NCBI RefSeq assembly: GCF_001465295.1
Contig: NZ_CP011034.1
Coordinates: 2,100,001 to 2,132,000, forward strand
Direction of reading: 5' to 3'
Origin: Pseudoalteromonas translucida KMM 520
Lineage (GTDB): Bacteria > Pseudomonadota > Gammaproteobacteria > Enterobacterales > Alteromonadaceae
DNA: 32,000 nt
Position 1 is the first letter of the stretch. Each line of letters opens with the position of its first letter. The position numbers and the translations under genes are program-made. Positions 27,501-32,000 of this stretch are shown piece after piece. The notes beneath the pieces were generated by a model. The model was not told the origin of the DNA. It worked only from the letters and a program-made list of their open reading frames with translations, and searched no databases.

Positions 27501-28236
27501 TTTTAATGGCAGCTATAAACTCTTGCTCTAACACCGCTTTTTTAAATGCAGGTATTCGGCTTATATACTCGTCACGCGCTTGCCATACGTCATCTAAGTT
27601 TACTTGCGGAGTTATTTGCGCATTCGCTTTATTTAAAATACTCGACACTTTGCCAAACAAAGCTTCAGGCGCGGCGAACACGCCTAAAATAGCATCGGTT
27701 TTTTCTTTATTGAGTGGATATACAAAGGCGCGCCAAAAATCTTTAATGGTTTCGAGCAATATGTCGCGCTCATCCAAAATAAATTCTAAGTTAAACGCCA
27801 CACCCGACTCAAACGCGTGTTGTTTTAGCATGCGCTGACAAAAGCCATGAATGGTAAAAATAGCCGCTTCGTCCATTGATTTAGCAGCCGCATCGAGTAA
27901 ATCAAAGGCGCGGTGTTTATCATCAACTGCAGCTATTACCCCTGCAATAAGCTCATCTTTTGGGTCTTGCCCAAGAAGTGCATCGCGCGCGGTGATAATA
28001 CGATTACGCACGCGGTCTTTAATTTCTTGCGTGGCAGCATCAGTAAAAGTTACCACCAGTATTTGCTCAACACTGAGCGGCTTATTTAATAGCGAGTTTG
28101 CATCATAGGCTATTTGCATTCCCAATAAGTAACGTAAATACAGGCCAGTAATTGTATACGTTTTACCCGTACCGGCACTGGCTTCAATTAAGCTTTGCCC
28201 TGTTAATGGCATTGTAAGTGGATTAAGCGCTTGCAT
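24580..28236 (-). CDS. recB: Exodeoxyribonuclease V beta subunit (helicase-nuclease)
   Basis: The preferred start is the ATG at 28236 (MQALNPL...), with AAGGAGAG 7 nt upstream. The ORF is open to 28260, but that start lacks an SD. UvrD-type motifs are present: EASAGTGKTYTI, MIDEFQDTDP, GDPKQAIYGFRGAD. The C-terminal RecB nuclease motif is GFIDLIFCYQGKYYILDYKSN. Confidence 0.95.
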   Translation of the reverse strand: MQALNPLTMPLTGQSLIEASAGTGKTYTITGLYLRYLLGMQIAYDANSLLNKPLSVEQILVVTFTDAATQEIKDRVRNRIITARDALLGQDPKDELIAGVIAAVDDKHRAFDLLDAAAKSMDEAAIFTIHGFCQRMLKQHAFESGVAFNLEFILDERDILLETIKDFWRAFVYPLNKEKTDAILGVFAAPEALFGKVSSILNKANAQITPQVNLDDVWQARDEYISRIPAFKKAVLEQEFIAAIKSSGLSGSKTPGRKGSLAALEAFCLGGDLFFEFGTSKYSFEIWSSENLSDISNYKKNQPLFTHSLLSQFDELAALNNTINQGLAIAVVQHAAKWVKAAVIKRKQEQSVITPDDLLSNLHSALNNEQGNVLAQKIAQLFPVAMIDEFQDTDPIQYGIFSKIYQQEHTTLAMIGDPKQAIYGFRGADIFTYIGAKEAVQKQQQFTLGTNFRSSSDVVSSVNSLFGKHANSFIYNDAIPFNAVAAKGKKADESFLIDGQPATAFEFCVFSDTAADEKNKPTGKAIGQQHLATFFANKIVTLLTQAEQGRACIGEKPVSAADICILVRDRVEAQIIKKALSNAKIASVYLSRESVFNQELSHHLLNFLTALHGQYDESLLRGVLAGPLFCLSYNEIYALADDEAQWQEHLNFFAQLSHIWNKQGAMAMLERLMSHNQLSAKWQGLGYNVERWLTDFRHLGEILQQKQIELEGTLRLLRWFAQKVSQQDGETVQVRLESDANLVKIVTMHASKGLEYPLVFMPFASGYRETKEALYHNNGTLIYDLSKGDDALQKAEQERLAEDLRLLYVALTRAVHFCAIGMYNIGQGQSSRLAIQSSALGHVLFAGLEITSSQIWRNHLADFCSEHTGMDYQQFTSEDLLAQGTLDFNNSADAQQILSINNVTASIERNWRATSFSALSFKKHIDHLAPGRSDEDHEKDEFAVQEDEAPSVYSFPKGAKPGSCLHEIFEQIDFTSPIEHPVSKEHNLADVIKRSLEKYHISEHWQDITQQWILDVLACPLNGDSNVNTDASGNSTSGNNISGNSSLVNSNGLSLSQLAPSDCLVEMEFNLPLKSLSAPQLNEILIKHFGFEHSKLEFSHVKGLLKGFIDLIFCYQGKYYILDYKSNYLGSNAADYEHDMLEQAMSSHQYHLQYLIYTVALHRLLKQRIADYSAETHLGGVYYTFLRGMPAGQGVYFKKLTTEQVTILDSLFSQGAML
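25105..25149 (-). repeat. In-frame 15-bp tandem repeat x3 inside recB
   Basis: Plus-strand units are GTTACCTGAGATATT, ATTACCTGAGGTACT and ATTACCTGAGGCATC. They encode DASGN-STSGN-NISGN within a low-complexity N/S/G-rich stretch (NGDSNVNTDASGNSTSGNNISGNSSLVNSNG). Confidence 0.85.
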
Positions 28237-31200
28237 GGTCACTCTCCTTAGCGTGTGCAAATAACGGGGCGAGTAATTTATCGCTCCACTGTATAAACTC
28301 GTCTTGGCAATCGTTAAGCGATTGTACTGTTAAGCGAATATAGGGATTTTCGCCCTCGCCTCGCCCTATGTATTGTGGGCTAAATTTGCTCATCGCTTTT
28401 GCTATATCGCCGCCGCTTTTTACGTACTCGTAGCCACTTACCGGAAAAAACGCCACGGGCTCGTTGCGCAGTCCTTTGTATAATTCAAACCAATCAAGTA
28501 ACAATGCATCGGCATCAACTTTACTTATTGGCGCAAAGGCAACTTGTTTATCAAGCCCAAGTATTAGCGTTTCTACGTGTTGCTCCATACTTTGCGCTGC
28601 TAGGTGATAAATAAAGCCTTTAATTAAATCTTTCGCTTTTATACTAGCGCTGCGATAAAACACCTGCTTTTGCAAATAAATATGGTTTAACCAGCCTTCT
28701 ACTTTAGTGTTTTCTAGTTTGAGGGCTACCTCTATAGGGTCGCTTTTGCCCCCTTTAATTTGCTCTTTCACTTGCCCTGCCAATGCATCTACTCGGTGCT
28801 GCATACTCTCAAATATTAAGCTACCTACGTTGGCTTGTGGTAATTCGCCGCGTTGTAATATTTGCTCTGTACTAAGTGGCTGCTCATTAATGTTGGCTTC
28901 GAGTATTTCATCAAGGTAAAAGTAGCGGCGCAATGCGTCTAGGCTAAAGGGCTCTTCGTCTTTTACTACTTCGTTAAATTGCGGTAATCGCAGCCCTAAA
29001 CTTTGTTGATAAAAGCTCTCTTGGGCGTTGCAAACACTACGAATAAACACATCGAGATCTAACTGCTCAGGCGGTGTTACATTAAGCGCGCTAACGGCTT
29101 GTGGGGTTATTGACTCACTGGGCAGCCAAATTGGATTGTAGCTGTGGTTGCTCAGCACAGTGTTTGCTTGCTCATTGGCTAAATAATAATGGCTATTAAA
29201 GGGCTGCAAATGCTGTTGGCTAATTAAACACTCTGGCAGTGTTTTTTCGCTCTCGCCGCTTAATACAAAGCTACGACTAATATATTCTAGCAGTTCGCTC
29301 ACAAGGGTTGATGGCATACGCGGTTGGTTGTCAAAACACGAGCGACCAATGTAGCTCATGTATAAGTTATCGCGGGCACTGAGTAGCGCTTCTAAAAATA
29401 AGTAACGATCATCTAATTTACGTGATCGGTCACCTTTTTGTTTTTTAGAATATGGCACTAAGTCAAAACCAATCGGCTGTACGTTACGCGGGTAGTCGGC
29501 ATCGTTTAAGCCAAGCATACACACCACTTTAAATGGCACGGCGCGCATTGGCATTAGGGTACAAAAGTTAACTTGCCCCACTAAAAATCGCTGCCCTACG
29601 CCTTTTTCTTGAATGCCTTGTTTAATTAAGTAACTAACAATACGCTGCGACACCGCCTTGCTGTAATCACCATTATTATGATGCTTTTGTAACTCTTCGA
29701 GCACGTTTTGCAGCACTAACAAATCCCAACTGTCGTCGCTTTCACTCTCGTAAATTGCACTAAGTAGCTCGCTTAAAATATGCGCTTTGTTGGTAAGCGT
29801 ATCGTCGGGCGTTAATTGCTCTTTAAAGCTTTGTAGCACATCAATAAAATGCACTAGCTTATTAAGTGTATCGAGCGCCATGCCTTCTACTTCATCGGCG
29901 CTATAAATACCATTAAACGGACATTGCTCGTCGCGCATGGCAATACCTAGTAATAAACGGTTAAGCCCGTGTTGCCAGGTATTTAAATCGATAGCGGGTA
30001 AATCAAAGCTGCTTTTATGCTCGGCATTTATGCCCCATTTTACGCCAACACGTTCCAGCCAATATTGAATTTGCTCGTACTCGTGTGCCTCAAGGCCAAA
30101 TTTTTCGGCTATTTGCGTCACTTGTAATAAATCGAGAATATCCGACACACCAAAGCGCGAAAACGGTAAATTAGCTAAACTAGCAAATGAGCTAAGCACG
30201 GGTTTTTCTTGCTCTATGGCTAAATCGGCAAGTGCGTAAGGAATAAAGCGACTACCTTGTGCACCACCAAAAACGGCTTCAATGTACGGGCTGTAAGTGC
30301 CTACATCGGGCATCATCACTATTATGTCTTTGGGGGTAAGCGCAGGGTTTTGATTAAATAAATTAAGTAAGTAGTCATGCAGACGCTCAACTTCTCGAAG
30401 CGGTGTATGGCAATCGCTTAGCGTAATGCTGGTGTCGGTTGCACTTATAGGCAATTTACCTTCGTCGTTTATAAACCACTCTTTGTTATCGGTCAGTGAC
30501 TCACCTTTAAACGCTAGCTGATAAATCTCGCTTTGTATTTGCCCAAGCAAGGTGTCGTCAAACACATCAATAAAGCCATCAACCCAACGGGCATCTAGCT
30601 GTACTAGCTGCTCAAAGTAGTCGCGACCTAATTTCCCCCACGAGGATAACAGCGGATTACCAATAAAGTAGTACTCTTCATCAGGATTGGTTTGCTTTTT
30701 TTGTTGTGCTTCCAGCAGCGGCATTTTGGCGTACTTTGCACTTATTTTAGCCGCTGTTTTTTCATCAATAATATCGCCCCAATAATGCTCACTGGGATTA
30801 AAAAAGAATAAAAACACCTCGGTTTTTTCACTCAGCGCTGTAAATACTTCAAGCTGCGAGCTGGCAATGGCCGATATACCAAATAAGCTAATGCGTTGTG
30901 GCAGTAAACTGTTGTCCATTGTTTCAAGCGCTGCCAGCAGTTGTCCTTGCATATTAGCGCGATGAAATTGGCTTTGCCCAAGCTCTTGGCTTAATTTTAC
31001 AATGCGCCGCCACAAATCAGGTTGCCACGGGGCTATGGTTACATCAACATCATCAAGTTCATCTGTACCACTATCCCATGTGGCTATCCAATGCGGGCGG
31101 TACATTAAATATTGGTCGTACACGTCGGCTATTTTTTCACACAAGGCAAAGGTTTTTTGGCCGTCAATATCGCCCTCTAAATAGGTTTTTAGCGGTAAAT

Positions 31201-31522
31201 ACAGTGGCTCATCAATACAGCTTGGTAAAATAGCAAACAGTTTCCATGCAAGGTTGGGTTTATTAAACGCCGACTCTTTAGGTACATTTGGTAAAAGTTG
31301 CTGATACAACTGCCAAATAAAGCTCGAAGGCAGCGGAAAATCCACCTGCGCCGCTACACCTAAGTTTTCGCTCAAACCAATTTTTAACCACTGCGACATA
31401 CCCGGTGACTGCACCAGTACCACTTCTTTGTCGAATGGGCTTGCTAATGGGTTGGTTTTTAATAACTGATGAAACTGCGCTTGCAGTGCTTCCATACGGT
31501 TTGATTGAATAATATTGAGCAT
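28223..31522 (-). CDS. recC: Exodeoxyribonuclease V gamma subunit
   Basis: This is a 1099-aa ORF. The N-terminus, MLNIIQSNRMEALQAQF...VVLVQSPGMSQWLKIGL, parallels E. coli RecC (MLRVYHSNRLDVL...ILVQSTGMAQWLQMTL, as recalled). The gene is followed by recB and recD, and its stop lies 14 nt inside recB. Confidence 0.95.
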   Translation of the reverse strand: MLNIIQSNRMEALQAQFHQLLKTNPLASPFDKEVVLVQSPGMSQWLKIGLSENLGVAAQVDFPLPSSFIWQLYQQLLPNVPKESAFNKPNLAWKLFAILPSCIDEPLYLPLKTYLEGDIDGQKTFALCEKIADVYDQYLMYRPHWIATWDSGTDELDDVDVTIAPWQPDLWRRIVKLSQELGQSQFHRANMQGQLLAALETMDNSLLPQRISLFGISAIASSQLEVFTALSEKTEVFLFFFNPSEHYWGDIIDEKTAAKISAKYAKMPLLEAQQKKQTNPDEEYYFIGNPLLSSWGKLGRDYFEQLVQLDARWVDGFIDVFDDTLLGQIQSEIYQLAFKGESLTDNKEWFINDEGKLPISATDTSITLSDCHTPLREVERLHDYLLNLFNQNPALTPKDIIVMMPDVGTYSPYIEAVFGGAQGSRFIPYALADLAIEQEKPVLSSFASLANLPFSRFGVSDILDLLQVTQIAEKFGLEAHEYEQIQYWLERVGVKWGINAEHKSSFDLPAIDLNTWQHGLNRLLLGIAMRDEQCPFNGIYSADEVEGMALDTLNKLVHFIDVLQSFKEQLTPDDTLTNKAHILSELLSAIYESESDDSWDLLVLQNVLEELQKHHNNGDYSKAVSQRIVSYLIKQGIQEKGVGQRFLVGQVNFCTLMPMRAVPFKVVCMLGLNDADYPRNVQPIGFDLVPYSKKQKGDRSRKLDDRYLFLEALLSARDNLYMSYIGRSCFDNQPRMPSTLVSELLEYISRSFVLSGESEKTLPECLISQQHLQPFNSHYYLANEQANTVLSNHSYNPIWLPSESITPQAVSALNVTPPEQLDLDVFIRSVCNAQESFYQQSLGLRLPQFNEVVKDEEPFSLDALRRYFYLDEILEANINEQPLSTEQILQRGELPQANVGSLIFESMQHRVDALAGQVKEQIKGGKSDPIEVALKLENTKVEGWLNHIYLQKQVFYRSASIKAKDLIKGFIYHLAAQSMEQHVETLILGLDKQVAFAPISKVDADALLLDWFELYKGLRNEPVAFFPVSGYEYVKSGGDIAKAMSKFSPQYIGRGEGENPYIRLTVQSLNDCQDEFIQWSDKLLAPLFAHAKESDHASA

Positions 31523-31631
31523 ACTTACCTATCCTTGCTTGAGATAAAACGAGTGTAAGATATTTTCAATTACAGGGGTAGCGATTAGCGCAAATTGGCT
31601 TTAATAAATCAGCGGGTTAGTTAAATTTTAT

Positions 31632-31662
31632 ACGCACAGTAGTGATGCTATCTACTGTGCGT
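31632..31662. terminator. Hairpin between the PhoD-like gene and recC
   Basis: An 11-bp stem, ACGCACAGTAG (31632-31642) with CTACTGTGCGT (31652-31662), lies 17 nt after the minus-strand stop at 31679. The T-tract is better on the plus strand (TTTT) than on the minus strand (ATAAAATTT), so the functional orientation is uncertain. Confidence 0.45.
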
Positions 31663-31678
31663 TTTATAAGGGCAATTA

Positions 31679-32000
31679 TTAATAAGGGCTAATGCTTGAG
31701 AGTTTAAACTGACTTTGCATTATTGCTTTACCATCAATATCTTTGAGCTGTAATGAAATTGACGGGTCGGCTTGCTGCCAGTCTATGCTTAAATCGCCGT
31801 AATTAACTTGGTGGGTAAAATCCCCTACTCGGTGTATGTTAGGGCTTACGTCTTTCCATTTTTCGGTTAGGCCAGAGCTGGTCATTTCTATTAGTGGGTA
31901 GTCAAGGTTGTGCTTATACTGTGAAATTTCGCCCCAGTGGGTATCGCCGCTAATAATAACTACGCCATTTACTTTATGCTTTTTGATCAGCGCAAATAAA
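31679..32000 (-). CDS. PhoD-like metallophosphatase, C-terminal fragment (5' end beyond the window)
   Basis: The minus-strand frame is open from the window edge: LFALIKKHKVNGVVIISGDTHWGEISQYKHNLDYPLIEMTSSGLTEKW... The ISGDTHWGE and TSSGLT patterns resemble alkaline phosphatase D-family / calcineurin-like phosphoesterases. The M at 31885 is internal. Confidence 0.6.
   Translation of the reverse strand, partial: LFALIKKHKVNGVVIISGDTHWGEISQYKHNLDYPLIEMTSSGLTEKWKDVSPNIHRVGDFTHQVNYGDLSIDWQQADPSISLQLKDIDGKAIMQSQFKLSSISPY

Noticed and set aside
26492-28108. Several plus-strand ORFs (107, 65, 79, 60, 163 and 85 aa) inside recB
   Set aside because: They are antisense shadow ORFs of a 1218-aa gene with canonical UvrD/RecB motifs. 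The translations are Ser/Ala/Cys-rich and lack SD sequences.
1-32000. Search for CRISPR arrays, tRNA/rRNA genes, IS elements, integrases, prophage or defence islands
   Set aside because: I saw no regularly spaced direct repeats, no tRNA-like T-arm motifs in the spacers, and no transposase- or integrase-like ORFs in any frame. Nearly all coding capacity is accounted for by recognisable conserved genes.

Overview
This window reads as a largely conserved chromosomal stretch from a low-GC marine gammaproteobacterium. Gene order and protein sequences look Alteromonadales/Pseudoalteromonas-like, but that is inference, not a search result.

Content from left to right:
- mfd (5' end outside the window), translationally coupled to a CsiV-family gene, then a small lipoprotein.
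- An orphan 455-aa membrane protein (minus strand) and a TonB-dependent receptor (minus strand).
- An 813-bp AT-rich non-coding gap, then a small lipoprotein divergent from the cbb3 oxidase locus.
- ccoNOQP, a strong terminator, then ccoH(fixH)-ccoI-ccoS, a DsbD_2/TauE-like membrane protein and fnr.
- uspE and ttcA.
- A three-gene set of signal-peptide proteins: a YcaC-like cysteine hydrolase, a monohaem cytochrome c, and an amidohydrolase_3 enzyme interrupted by a 1-nt frameshift.
- recC-recB-recD on the minus strand, with overlapping stop and start codons.
- The 3' end of a PhoD-like metallophosphatase.

I saw no tRNA or rRNA genes, CRISPR array, transposase or integrase, and no recognisable defence or toxin-antitoxin system. 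I cannot point to a convincing novel multi-gene system.

The items most worth a second look:
- The self-contained orphan two-TM protein (3600-4967).
- The long non-coding gap, with its compound hairpin and an SD-preceded mini-ORF (7520-8332).
- The periplasmic hydrolase/cytochrome/amidohydrolase module and its frameshift (19542-22437).
- An SD-sequestering hairpin in front of ttcA.
- An in-frame 15-bp tandem repeat inside recB.

All motif and structure calls were made by eye from the sequence. No searches or folding computations were run.
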